Shown here in pieces: positions 13,446 to 29,249 of a DNA stretch of 64,000 nucleotides. The stretch is from the human T2T-CHM13v2.0 reference genome, Homo sapiens, in assembly GCF_009914755.1 (NCBI RefSeq), contig NC_060937.1. The stretch is one strand, 5' to 3'. Within the stretch, counting starts at the first letter, position 1; each line of letters starts with the position of its first letter. Below the pieces are notes generated by a model. That model saw nothing but the letters and a program-made list of their open reading frames with translations. It was not told the DNA's origin and made no database searches. The translations under genes and the position numbers were made by a program.

Positions 13446-13877
13446 AAGCATGCTATTTTTAATCCTCATTATAGTAGGTGTGTTATATTAGTGGAATAAG
13501 ACAAGACATACAATATAAGAGGATTGGAAGAAACTGAACTGAAATATGATTGTGCAGAAAACACAAAATGGTGTACAGACAAATTTATAGAAAATATAAG
13601 AACATTCTAGAAGGTTGTGAGACATAAGGTACAAAAACCTTCTAGCATAATTTCAAAAAATTTTCATTTGTAGCTTTAACAAAGATGTAAGGTACTTAGA
13701 AATTTAACCTTAATGTGTATCACCTTTATGTTGAAAATTGTTATAATTGACTGAAAAGCATAATAGAAGACTTACATATGTTGAGAGATTTACTGTTTAT
13801 GGAAGGGGAGACTTAGTATCATAATGATGTCAATCTTCTGCATACTGATCAATAATTCAATCAAAAATAGAAACCGA

Positions 13878-14214
<337 letters not shown>

Positions 14215-14604
14215 CTAAAACTGATGTGAAAGAGCAAATGACCAATAATAGCCAAACAGTTTTGAAGAAGAATAAGAAAACAGGGACCTAATCTTGACAT
14301 TATTTTCATGTGTCCCTTTGGCTATAATCAGTCAGTGATAGACAAAGGGACATATGGAAATAATGGAGAATTTCTGAATGAAGGCATCCTTATGTAGAAG
14401 CTGAGAGAGAGTGGGTATTACAAGTTATCAAAGGGGGAATAAGAAATTATTTAATGAATGGTTTTAGGACAGTTTAGCACTTATATGGAAAATAATAAAA
14501 ATTAGCTACTTAGACCATACATAAGAATAAATTACAGGTGCAATAAAGGTCTAAATGTGAAAAGTAAGTTTTTAAAATTTTGTTTGAAAATAAACGTCTT
14601 TGGG

Positions 14605-14954
<350 letters not shown>

Positions 14955-15049
14955 TTAAGAAAGCTATAGAGAGCAAAGCCGTATGAGAACAGACTGATAA
15001 ATTTGATTACATTAAAAATAAAAGCTATTTGTGGTAACCAATATATGGA

Positions 15050-15910
<861 letters not shown>

Positions 15911-15985
15911 AAAAAAAGTCTCCATACTTTGACACCATAAATATTGTGAAAAGACAAGTATAGACTAAGGTGTGTTATACATGTA

Positions 15986-16106
15986 CAGACAGTTCCTGAC
16001 TTAATGGTTTGACTTACTTTATAATGGTTTATTGGGGTATTAAATGCATTTTGACTTACTGTGGGTTTATTGAGATGTAACTTCATCATAAGTCAAGAAA
16101 CATCTA
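15986..16106 (-). mobile_element. MER47/Tigger5-type TcMar MITE remnant
   Basis: imperfect terminal inverted repeats cagacagttcctgactta / taagtcaagaaacatct, flanked by TA. Confidence 0.65.
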
Positions 16107-17060
16107 TAATTGATGAAAGTTTAGTCCATAGAATCTATGGAGAAAATATAAAAATAAATAAAAGCAAGACTAAACAGCCTAACTGAAAAATGGCAAAGAT
16201 AAAATGTACAGAAAATTACTTCTCATTTACACAAGGAGACTTGTACAAGACATATAATTTAATGTCAATGAATAGGACAATCAGTAAAGAATCTAGTATA
16301 TCTAAACAGCAGTTAGTATGAATGAAATAATAAAATACAAGCATTAAGGCAGGTAAATCTAAAAATATGCTGAGTAAAGAGTGTGAGTTTAAGGATATAT
16401 ACAGTGTTCCTGTTCTCTGGAATATGTTTAAACTGGGGTAGTGACTCCATTTTTTATCTTTACTTCCTTGTATCATTATCAAAGTCTCTTAGAAACATAG
16501 CTTCTTATGATGTTTTTTCTTGTTATCTTCCGCCCGTACTTTACTATTTGTTGTATTTCCTGTTGTATCCTTTGACTTACCTGTGCTCTGAAATGTGTTT
16601 GAGTAATCTGCTTTTTTACAGCTGCCCAAAACTCCTTTGTCCCTCCCCGCCTATGGGATGCCCATCGCTGCCCACACTAGAACATAGTTCATTCTCTTAG
16701 GATATTTTGTGTTTTTTGGACCTGAAGTGGAACAGCTTGTATTTGTACTTAACTGAATTGATTTTGGGACTAGATCTAGAGTGACTCTATCTAATAAGCA
16801 TTTATTGACCATTTCTGTGTGGTTTACATTATGTTATGAACAAAATAGGAAGAGAATATAATTATCCTTACGTGGATGGAATCTTAGATCCAGTAGGCCA
16901 GTTAGTCCTAAAAAAAGAAAAGTGGTTTTGCCTTCTCTCTTTTATTCCAATTGAGTCTTAGTTTTTTCATTCATTTACTCAAGTAGCATTTTGAATACAG
17001 GTAATATTTTGCTTTTCATAGTTAGAGATATATAATATAGATATTGTTTATGTTTTTCAG

Positions 17061-17141
17061 AATTTAAACAAGCAAGCATATGATTTGGCAAAGGCTTTAC
17101 TGAAGAGGACAGCTCAAGCTATTGAGCCATATATTACCAAT
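17061..17141 (+). CDS. PDS5B: PDS5B exon 7 (NLNKQAYD...EPYITN)
   Basis: tttttcag| acceptor; 81 nt; AAT|gtaagt donor. Confidence 0.97.
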
Positions 17142-19511
17142 GTAAGTCTTACTTGTAATTGGTTGTCAGAAGGATTAAACTGAAAATTTAAAGACTTGCT
17201 AGAAGCAAAATTTCATCAGATAGTATATAGTTTTAAAAACAACAAATTTGTGTTGTTTTAACCCTTAAGTAATATATTTTCTTTCTCCTTCTTAAAATTA
17301 TTCTTGCTTTATATTTTTTGGAAGGCTTGCTCTCATCCTATTTGTTCTTTTATCTTCTTTCAAATTGCCTGAGAACTTAAACAGTTTTATTTTGGTTAGC
17401 AAGATATTCTGTTTGTTTCTACTGATAGAAATAGAGTTAAATGTAATTAGATAAAACATATGGAACTTTTCATTATTCAGAGACGTTGCTTACAGGTTTT
17501 TGGAGCTTAAATTGATTTGTACAAGAAGAAGATATGAACTAATATTAAGACCTAGAAATTGAAGGCAAGTATGAATGGCAGTAGTGATTTAGTAAAAGTT
17601 GCTTATCTATTGCTATTCCTGGGGTAGATTCCATATAAATCTATCTTTTCTGGAAAAAAGGAACAATTGTAATAAAATGAGACCTTTCAGTATCTCCCCA
17701 AATCTACTTACTTATGGTTGACTATCTTGTATTTATTTTTAGAAGAAATATTTTTTAGCTGCTAGGTTCACTGACAGAAGTTTATGGTAAGTTTTATTTT
17801 CTCTCCACAGTTCTTTTGAGTTCTACAGATTTAGGTGGCAGTATTCATATTATATTCTGTGTGAATGGTGCCTCCTGGAATACAAATGTAGAGTACAGTG
17901 TTAATGGTGGCCCTTGGAATTGTGTAACAGTTCAGTCCCTCCACCTGCTTTTCAGTTTCACTCACCTCCAGACAAGTAAAGGATATAAATTTGCATTCCT
18001 GAGTAAAGTAAGAAAGAAAGCCTTTAATAATTACTTATGCATTCTCCTAAAATTTGAGGGAGAGTTTTTCTTGTAGTATACACAAATTTAAAGTCAGTGT
18101 ATGAAATATATCATGAAAAGATGTACTTTGAAAACTAACTACTTCATAAAACAGTAACTTAATAAATTCCAGCTTTTGTTTCTGGCTTATAGCCTTAGAG
18201 AATCCCAAGCATACGATGATTTGGAAAAATTAATTTAATTTGTAAGAAATTGTTTTGAAGGGTAAACTTTCAGAAGCTGTGGAATCAAATCTGTAATCTA
18301 TCTTAATTGCTCCAAGATTTTCAGGGAACTTCCAATACTGGTTTCTGCAGTTTTGTAAGTTACGGGTACTGGCTGAAATAAATTGGTTGGATTGAGTTTT
18401 TTCATCATTGGCTTAGTGGCACTTGAAGTGTGTAGACCTAGACTTAAAACATTCTGTAATTATCCTTTTCCCTTGCTTCAAGTACTTCTAAATGACTATT
18501 TCCATGGGCCATTAGAGCACACTAGGTGAGCTCCTCCTGGTGGCCATTTATTTAAACTCATATTGCCAAGCCAGTTTTTTTTTTTCTTTTTTTTTGGAGG
18601 GGAGGGGGGACACATCTTATTTTGATTTCTTTTTCTGGCATAAAAATAAGAAAAGAACGCTATACTGTATTGATATCTCTACTGTTATTGGGGAAAATAA
18701 ATATTTGATTGGGGCAATTAAAGGAAAAAACCCACAATAAATGATGATACTTGTTAGAGTTAGATGATTAGGTTCGTTATACTGTTCTCTCAAATTTTGT
18801 ATGTTTGAAAATGTTTATAATGGAAGTTAAATAAAGAAAAAAAGGCTGAGGAAATATTTTTAACAATCCCAGAATACATCAAGGTAAAAACATTTCTTTA
18901 TCACTTATACCTTGTGTTAATTTCCTGTTGTTCTTGCTTGCAGAAATAGAATCCTTCCCCCATGAACTCCCCAAACTTTCATATTATGTCTTTATCAAAA
19001 GCTGGGGAGCAGGGGCCAGAGTGTTCTGAGTACACATTGAATTATATACTTTGTCTCAGTACGTTGTCCACTATTTTCTTATTTCTCCCTGTTTTCTTGT
19101 TCCTTGCCTTATTTGAAGGTTAGCTAGGAAATAAGAATTGCTTTTTCCCTCCCTTTAGTTCCTTTTTGTCTACTTATGTTTCCATTTCAGACCTTTATAA
19201 TTACATGTAAAATCACTTTCTAGTGGACTTAATCATCTTGTAGTAGGGTAAAATTAGTTCAGTCTTAGAAATCATTCTTAGCCCTTTTGGACTTACAGTT
19301 AAAACAGCTATTATTTACTCATCCTCCTAGTTGAGAATTAACAATTAAAAATAGGAGTAAGATACTGAGATAATAACCCCACTTCTCTCTTCTGTTTTTC
19401 TTTTTCATTCACACATACAGACACATTCTTTTTTTTTTTAATCGATAGTATTTCTTACATATCAAGACTTAAGAAATCACTGTGGTGGTATAGGTTATTT
19501 ATGTATTAAAA

Positions 19512-19842
<331 letters not shown>

Positions 19843-21627
19843 TAGAATTTGTTGTAACACAACAATCCAGGAAGCTAAACAGTACATATATATTTGTTTA
19901 AAAGGTAAGATGGAATATCAAGAACAAAAAGTACATGGTGATAATTCTAAAAATTTCCTACACGCATCACTTCTTAATGATGTTATTTTTCACCAGTTCT
20001 TTTTTTATCACAAACTTTAGGATATGGCAAAAAATTATTTTGTTGGACTGAAAAAAGTACATCCAATCCTTGTTGGAATAGGTAAAATTTGGTTAAATTG
20101 CTTAATTCCACTGAGCCTCTGTTTTTGCACCTGTAATGCTTGGGTGGTGGTGGAGAATGTGTTATTTAATGTGAAATATTTTGTAATTAAAATTAGCCAT
20201 GTAAATGTAAGGTAGAATTTATTACTGACTGGTGACATCTTTCATTAGGAGACATTTGCTGTACAAAAAAATTAATTTGTAGTATGTAATTAGCTACGCT
20301 TTTGTAAATGAAAGAATTTTTGGAAGGAAATATTTTAATCAAATCTAAATCTACCTCCACTAAATTTTCACCTCTTAGGAAGGACTTGGATTGTTTTACC
20401 CATATTTGTATCATACTGTCTTTTGCATATTTTTTATTCATTTACCAAACATATATTCTATGCCTCCTCTGTGTCAGGCACTGTGCTAGGTAGGCTTTTA
20501 CACATTGGAGAAGACCAACTTGGTCATTGCCTTTTTGGAGATTATAAAAGTGTTCAATACATGTGTTTTTTTATGGAATTTGTGAGAAATTAAACCAGGG
20601 AATGATTTTTTTCCCTTAATTTTTCAAATAAGTTTTTCCCAGACTGTTAGAAGAAGATGATGATGGTTTGACCACTTGGGTGGTGAGATTGGGAAGGATT
20701 ATTGTTCTTTATTAAGGAATATACTATTTATTAAGTAAATAGTACTTGTTTTACTATTTTTTAAGCAGGAGAAAATTTGTGAATGGAAGCAAAAAAGCCA
20801 CTTTATTTTCAGCCTGAATAAGAAATTAACCTTTGATGTCATGAAATTCTCTTCCCATAAAATTGATAAATAGGAAGGACAAACAAGTTCTTTTTAAAAC
20901 CAAAAAAGAAAGAATAGCAAAATAGAATTTGTTCTTCTTTCTTCATGGCTAGGTAGTCTGGTGTGATTCATAGACCTAAAAAAGTCACATAAAAACAACC
21001 CAAGAAGTAAAAGTAAGCAGAAAAGACATAGAAATATGAAATCCTCCACTCTGTACTTTCAGTATAGAAAGCTAAAGCCTAATTAAGCCAGTTGTGTGTT
21101 AACTGTCACAGAAGAGATTAGGGCAGCTTGTGTGGTATAAAGAATCCTTGACTCCTTCTCCGCTGAGACTCAGGAAACCATTGAGGATACATGGCAGGGT
21201 ATGCTTTTGGTTAATTTTTTATGTTTTTGGAAGATTTTATATAGAAAGAAACTTGACAGTTATGCCATGCATCTTTGCCAATTTCAGTAGTAATATGATA
21301 AATGATCTGAGTGTGGAAACTAGTTAGAGCTAGCTATATGGTAGGGAAAAATTGTTTAAATTTGGATTTTCCTTGTGTTTGTGTGTGCTTTTAATTGGAT
21401 TTTAATTAGTGTTGTAAACCGTGTAGATATGTACACATCAGAATGTAAAAGAAGACAAAGGATTAGGAAGAGGTAGTTTTTCATCAAAAATAAAAAATTA
21501 CATATTTCAAACATAGAATTGCCTTCTATGAAAATGTAAGAAGGCTGTATCTATGGGATGATGTTTTCTTCCATATGTACTAAGGTGAACAAGCTATTAT
21601 CCCTCACCCTTGGGGAGATTAAGACAT

Positions 21628-22212
21628 TGTATTAGGGTCTTCTAGAGAAACAGCCAATATTGAGTGAGTGTATGTATATACAGACACACATATACATATA
21701 TGTGTGTATATTCACACATAGTGTATGTATACACACACACAGAGACACATGTATATGTATGAGAGGGAATTTATTAGGGGAATTGACTTATGAGATTACA
21801 GAGTCTGAGAAGTCCGAGAGTAGGCTGTCTGCAAGCTGGAGAACCAGGGAAGCCAATGGTGTTACTCTCAGAGGCAGAAGGCAAGGCTTGAGAACCTAGC
21901 AGGGGACTGGGCTATTGGTGCAATTTCTGGAGTCCAAAGGCAGGAAAACCTGGAGTTCTGCTGTCCAAGGATAGGAGATGAATGTCCCAGCCCAGAGGAG
22001 AGTGAATTCACTTTCCTTTGCCTTTTTGTTCTATTGGGCCTTCCAGCCTATTTGGATGATGCCTGCCCATACTGAGGGCAGATCTTTCCACTCAGTCTAC
22101 AAGCCAATCTCCTCTGCAAACATCATTGCAGACACACCCAAGACACGTTGCTTTACCAGCTATCTAGGTATCCCTTAATGCAGTCAAGTTGACACATAAA
22201 ATTAACCATCCA
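21628..22212 (-). mobile_element. MLT2 (ERVL) solo LTR, MLT2B-like
   Basis: tgtattag...agagaaacag start, internal CA/TA repeat, cagtcaagttgacacataaaattaaccatc end; near-TSD gacat/gaaat. Confidence 0.85.
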
Positions 22213-22512
22213 GAAATATGCACAAATAATATAGGATAGAATATAATCAGTATTATAATGGGGAGCAGAGTATATTTGAAAAGTAGAATGTTTATTGAAA
22301 TGTTTCAGTCTGTTTTATTGTATACAAGATGGATTCCATGTTTTATCTTTCATGTAGCCTATATTGGTTTCCCATATAATGTTAGAAAATATTTTGATAT
22401 GCCTAGTTTGACTTTGTATAAAATAATGATGAATTTGGTCAAATAAGATTTTAAAACATTCAACTTGTCTCTGGTTTTTCTACTAATGATAGGCTTTCTT
22501 TCTCCTCAAAAG

Positions 22513-22653
22513 TTTTTTAATCAGGTTCTGATGCTTGGGAAAACATCTATCAGCGATTTGTCAGAGCATGTCTTTGACTTAATTTTGGAGCTCTACAATA
22601 TTGATAGTCATTTGCTGCTCTCTGTTTTACCCCAGCTTGAATTTAAATTAAAG
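22513..22653 (+). CDS. PDS5B: PDS5B exon 8 (FFNQVLML...LEFKLK)
   Basis: ctcctcaaaag| acceptor; 141 nt; AAG|gtaact donor. Confidence 0.95.
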
Positions 22654-23110
22654 GTAACTTGTAAAAATAATATGATTCTACCAACCAAGTTATTAGCAAA
22701 GAGCATTATTTATAGCTTTTTAATTTTTACAGTAGTTTTAACTGAATGTAAGAGATGAGGGGGAAGTATTACTATTATTTCTTCACGTATTTGTGCCGTG
22801 TCTGTTTGTGAATCTTTAGTGCCTGGCAGGTGCCTAGCAGATAGTAACTGTTTAATAAATGATTAGCAAGATGGTATTTTCCTCCAGACATTTTCCAGAT
22901 AAATTCTAGGATTTGACTAACTTTTGAAGTCTTAGCTGTACATCAAGCTTATGTTTTCAAGGCACAGTTTATAGTAGTTCCTTTGACCACTGAGGCCATA
23001 AAAATAGTTTAGAGTTTTTTATCCACATAGTGTGAAATGCTTTCCCTTTATGCATATTATCTCATGTTGCCTATGTTGAAAGTTTGTTTGCTTTTTATAT
23101 AGTTGTGTGA

Positions 23111-23410
<300 letters not shown>

Positions 23411-24109
23411 GAGTGAAATTTTTTGGTAGCATGTTCCTAACTGTTTTGACATTAAATTATGCTGTAAAATTGAGCAGAATTGGACAATATAGTTTTCTTT
23501 TTCAAATCATTACAATAAAATTAAGTAAAGCTGGTTATAATTATTAATCTTTGTGGACCCAGAAAAGTTCTTAAATGATGTTTGTGTCTAAAATTTTTGA
23601 TTTTCTTTCAAAAACAAAACAGTCCACATTGGTAATGTGAACACCCCAAGTAGCCAGTAAATAAGTATTCTTCTTATATTCTGGAGTAGTTTTTGGTATA
23701 TTTCTCAAATGAGCCATTCAATTAACTGGCCTTCCTGTCCCCTTTTTAATGTGGTTAGTGATTTGGGTGAGGCAGCAGGTAGCCACACCTCTAATTATTT
23801 GTTGGTTTATATGATTTTCTGAAGTAAAAATATTGAGTAAATGCTATGCATGTTCCTACACACTATGAGAAATATAAAAATAAGGAAATTATCATCCCTG
23901 CTTTCAGCAAACTTAACATCTAGTATGAGAGGAAGAGGAAAAAAAATCCAGATCTAATATGAGGCCAGATATTATAAGTGTCATAAGAGATACAAACAGC
24001 GTACAATTGAAGCAAAGGAAACAGCATGCAGAAGCATATAGAGGTAGGAAGGTTCCGGGTGAATTTGTGGAACACAAAGAATTATAATTGGAAGATAGCA
24101 TAAAGTAAG

Positions 24110-24300
24110 TTTAAATCACTCCTGGCTGCATATTAGAATCTTTGCTTGTTAAGCCTTAAAGAAATAGCTGTCCAGGCACTGAACCAGACTAGCTGATTCC
24201 GAGTTTTGGGGAATAGAGGTTTTTTTTTTTTTGTTCTTCTTATTTTAATTTTTTTTTTTTAAGTTTTGAGATGATTCTAATGTACAGCCAGGCTTGAGAT
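24110..24300. mobile_element. MER5-type hAT DNA transposon relic
   Basis: ctggctgcatattagaatc ... gattctaatgtacagccagg inverted ends. Confidence 0.7.
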
Positions 24301-25141
24301 ATAATTACTTAGACGAATAAAGAAAGAAATAATAGAGATGAGTTAGGTCATATTGTCGGGGCTCTTGGCATGGCAGGTTGTGGCATTGGTTTAAAATTTA
24401 AAAACAATTTGTGTAGTGACATTTCCATAGCACCTTGAATATCAGTGCCTTTTGATATACCCAATTCCCACACTTTATGTTCAAGTCTAGTATTGTGACT
24501 GGCTCATTCACTTATCCATTGAGTCATTTGTTGGAAGTGCCAAAATCAATAGTAAAATTGAGTTCACATCCTTAGGGTGCCCCCAATATAATATATAAAA
24601 CAAATTTGAGTTTTCACAGGTTTAAGGCCTCTTTTTACTGTTGAGCTCCTTTTAGAAATCTGGTCTGTGTAGATGAAGTGTCTTACTGGGAGACTGTAGC
24701 ACATACTAATAGAGCTAAAAAGTTTATTCACACAGAGTTTTCTGTTTTCTGTAGGCCTGGCCTCTGTCAGTGTCTGTTCTGAAAAACCACACATAGTTTT
24801 TCAAGGGTCCTGGGTAGGTTTTATAAGAGTTCATTTTTTATTTTAACTCTGAATAGAAATAAACTTTAATTGTAGGAGGGGCCTCTAACATTGGAACAAA
24901 CTTTAAAGATGTATTTTCATGAAAGGTACTTCTTTAATGGAATTTGAGATAATTAGAGCATTTATGATGACATTTAATTTTGTGAAAAGTATAGTGAGCA
25001 TTTTTATGTAATTTTTCATTTAGAGTTCATGAAAGATTTTCTGTGGAATTGGAGCATCAGGGAAATTATGGCAAAGAATGGGCAGCCTTATTCTGAATAT
25101 CTACTGCATGGTTTTAAAGCTGTGATTGTGTTTTATTTTAG

Positions 25142-25257
25142 AGCAATGATAATGAGGAGCGCCTACAAGTTGTTAAACTACTGGCAAAAATGTTTGGGGC
25201 AAAGGATTCAGAATTGGCTTCTCAAAACAAGCCACTTTGGCAGTGCTACTTGGGCAG
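25142..25257 (+). CDS. PDS5B: PDS5B exon 9 (SNDNEERL...WQCYLG)
   Basis: ttttag| acceptor; 116 nt; CAG|gtatat donor. Confidence 0.97.
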
Positions 25258-25947
25258 GTATATGATTTTGGTTTCCCATTTAAAAGTAATACATTATTCT
25301 ACTGACCGTTTTTTTAAGAAACATTATCCACATTTAAACTGTGTTCTCTGGAATCATAAAAATGAAGGATTTTTTATGTTGAAAGTTTTGAAAGTTGTTA
25401 ATGACTGGCTATATTTATATTTACTCTTTTTAGTCTTTATCCTCAGTAATTTTTAAAAGATAATACATTTTAAAGCTATCTCTTATGGTATTATGACCAT
25501 GAAGTTAATATTATTACTTTAAGGCAGTGATTAATTCCAACTGAAAATACGTCTTTGGGAGATATAGCCTCTCTACAAATTAATTACAATTAATTAGGTT
25601 GTTTGGAGATATTGACAGGATAAGAGTATTCACAGAGTGAATAAAGAAATGACTATTTATATTTCTCTTCCTAACTTCCTTCTGTATTACTCAGTTAAAG
25701 GAAATGATGGCCTGGATTCCTTGCATGGTTTGAATGATGCATAAAATCCCTGAAATGGTTGCAGAATTTTGAGTGTGTTTGTGTATGTCACTTTTCTGTG
25801 AGAGGTATTCATCCCTGACCTTGAAATATTAAAAGCCCGACAAGTGCCTTGGCCGAAACCCGCTCTGACTCAGAAAAAAAGAGAATTTTTCCCCTCAAAT
25901 TATTCTCATAACAAATAATGCAGTTAAGTCATAAACAAACAAGATCT

Positions 25948-26317
<370 letters not shown>

Positions 26318-28131
26318 TTACATTTTAATGAAAACTGTCAGTGATTACTGTAAATTTAATATTTTGGTCTCATTTTTCTGATTTGTTAAAAGAGGATATA
26401 AGTTGTGATAAGTGTTTGTTAAGCTTCAGATCTCCAGTCTGATTTCTTGATTCTTATTTAGCTCAATAATTACGTTCAGTCAGTCAAGTTAAGCCAACTT
26501 TTTTCTTTTAAATACAATGGAAAGTTTTTAGACAGTAGGAAAGAATATCAGTTTAAATTATGCAACTTAATTTAAAGTTTAATATTTTAAAACAAAAATA
26601 CTTTTACTGTATATATATTTATTATATCTTTAAATTAAGACTTGGATTAGCTGGGATGTATTTTATTGGTTTTTAGCTGGAGAAATCCTAATGTAAATGT
26701 ATATGTCACCTTTCTATTATGTTGTAATTTTTCCTTTTAATATTAATAACATAAAACTTACACAGTATTAAATAATACCAACTTTAAGGAGTTAGTCTTT
26801 TAAAAGACGTCTTAGTATATTTATTTTTAATTGTTGTAAGGTGCATGTTTACCTGAGAAATGATAACGTATATAGGATTGAGTACCTGAATTCAAAACAC
26901 TCAGGAAGCTGTATGGGACCAGAGGCTAGATTTTATAACTTTTGGGAGGGGAGGTATACTTCATAGAGCATATGCTTTTTTTTTTCTAATTTTTATGAGT
27001 AATTTGGTGCTGGTTTTGAAGACTTTTTCCCACTCCTTTATAATGCTAACTTTAGTTTCTTAGGTGTTGAATGATGTAAGATTTGGGAGCCTTTAGATTT
27101 CATAGAATTAAGACATATGAAAATATTGAATGGAAAAATCTTGGATTCACTTTAATGTTCTTGATACTTAATTTTTTTAAATTACTATTTTACATTCTGT
27201 GATAAAGTAATGTATACAGACGGAACATCAGTGGTTGAGAGACAGCTAAACATCATGTGCTTCCTGATGGAAGAACACAGTGCCATCTATGGTATTTTGG
27301 TAGTCTGGCAAAAAAAAAAAATTGACCCAAATATAATCACGTTTTTAGATCTAACTACCAGTTTACAGGATTTAGAAGAGAGAGGAGCCTGTTAATTCAC
27401 ATCAGAATGATACAATTAGCGAAATCTAAATTATGGAATAAAACCATACACATATACAGCAGTTGCTCTAGCAAATTACAGGAAAAAGAGTTGGAGGGAA
27501 AACAAAAGATTTGAGGCTTAAGTGACATATCAACCAAAGAATTTTAACTTTTTAGGGATACATACATATTTACAGATGTAATGTAAAAAGTGGCCTTGCC
27601 GTTAGTGGCAGTGTAATAATGGTGATGATTAATTGGATAGTAGTAATTTGGGTACACTTTTAGATTCATGTAATATACTGTAGGGTTTAGTGTGAGATCT
27701 GCCATACATTAGTGAATGCCCTATATTTAAAAGGGAATACTTTAGGGAAAGTTTTCTTTCAAACATAGTTTGAGATTTATGATGTTTCTATGAACTATAT
27801 ATGCACACTTGCATAAATAGATGTATTTGAGAGTATAACGTTGATAGGAACTTTTTTATCATTCTTATATTTGAGCCAAATGTATATGGTTTATTCAGGT
27901 TCCTTAAAATCACATAGTTCTCACAGGAGATTGCTCTAGTTTGTATAGAGTTTCCAGAGCATTCAGACATACATGTATATCAGAAACTTTGTAAAATGGT
28001 TTGGTTCTACTTTGCATTTTCCTTCATAAACTGTTTTTTCTTTAATTAGATAAATGTAAATTGGGTACAGATTTAACACATGTCTGTTTCTCTTATTTTG
28101 AAGCTCACTCTGTGCTTTTATATTTTATCAG

Positions 28132-28226
28132 GTTTAATGATATCCATGTACCAATCCGCCTGGAATGTGTGAAATTTGCTAGCCATTGTCTCATGAACCA
28201 TCCTGATTTAGCAAAAGACTTAACAG
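28132..28226 (+). CDS. PDS5B: PDS5B exon 10 (FNDIHVPI...LAKDLT)
   Basis: ttttatcag| acceptor; 95 nt; CAG|gtacta donor. Confidence 0.97.
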
Positions 28227-28376
28227 GTACTATATATATGTAACAGCAAATATTCTTACGTGCTCTTCAGTGGAAAAAAATAAGTTTCATAGGGGGAAAA
28301 AAACCCCTTTTTTCGGGGGTGGTAGGTGAAGTCTTGTTTTAGTTTAAGGTCATGGAAGTTGTTCTCTGAAGCTAGA

Positions 28377-28470
28377 TTTTTTTTTTTTTTTTTTAAATAG
28401 AGACAAGGTCTCGCTATGTTGCCCAAGCTTGCTTAGAACTCCTGAACTCAAGCTGTCCTTCTGCCTTGGT
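28377..28470 (-). mobile_element. Alu monomer fragment (FLAM/left arm)
   Basis: poly-T, gagacaaggtctcgctatgttgccca...aactcctgaactcaag. Confidence 0.8.
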
Positions 28471-28685
28471 TAAATTAGTTTACCATGACTCACCTAAGTT
28501 CTTAAAATATTGAAGAACATTAGTCTTATAATCTAGTCAAAGTCAAGACCTGTTCAAATCCAAATGTCTAAAATAAGTTTAGAATTGTCCTTAAACTAAG
28601 AAACTAGTAATTGTTCCTGGAGACAGACATTTTCATAGATGCTTCCAACCTATGTAGGAACTATGCTGTAGAAATTCTAGCTTCA

Positions 28686-28982
<297 letters not shown>

Positions 28983-29175
28983 TTACCAGTTTCATCCTTT
29001 TTGGGAGACATCCCACTTGGAGCTTTCTGATTTCCTACTCAAATTTGCAGTGCTTAGACAGCTTGCTCTGAGCTTCTGCTCTACAGCATTGACCTTAGGG
29101 CCATCCATTCTTCCTCCCATCTTTGCTCTCCCCTTCCATCCTCCTCCCTTCTTTTTCCCTCCTTTCCTCTTCGTC

Positions 29176-29176
<1 letters not shown>

Positions 29177-29215
<39 letters not shown>

Positions 29216-29226
29216 TGTGTGTCTGT
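29177..29226 (+). repeat. (GT)n microsatellite inside a pyrimidine-rich tract
   Basis: (GT)17 at 29181-29214 with degenerate flanks. Confidence 0.95.
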
Positions 29227-29249
29227 TTCTACACCTCCCCTTTCTCCTT

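Noticed and set aside
25851-25862. gccgaaacccg resembling the reverse complement of a tRNA-Phe 3' end
   Set aside because: Only 11 nt match, with no T-loop or cloverleaf continuation.
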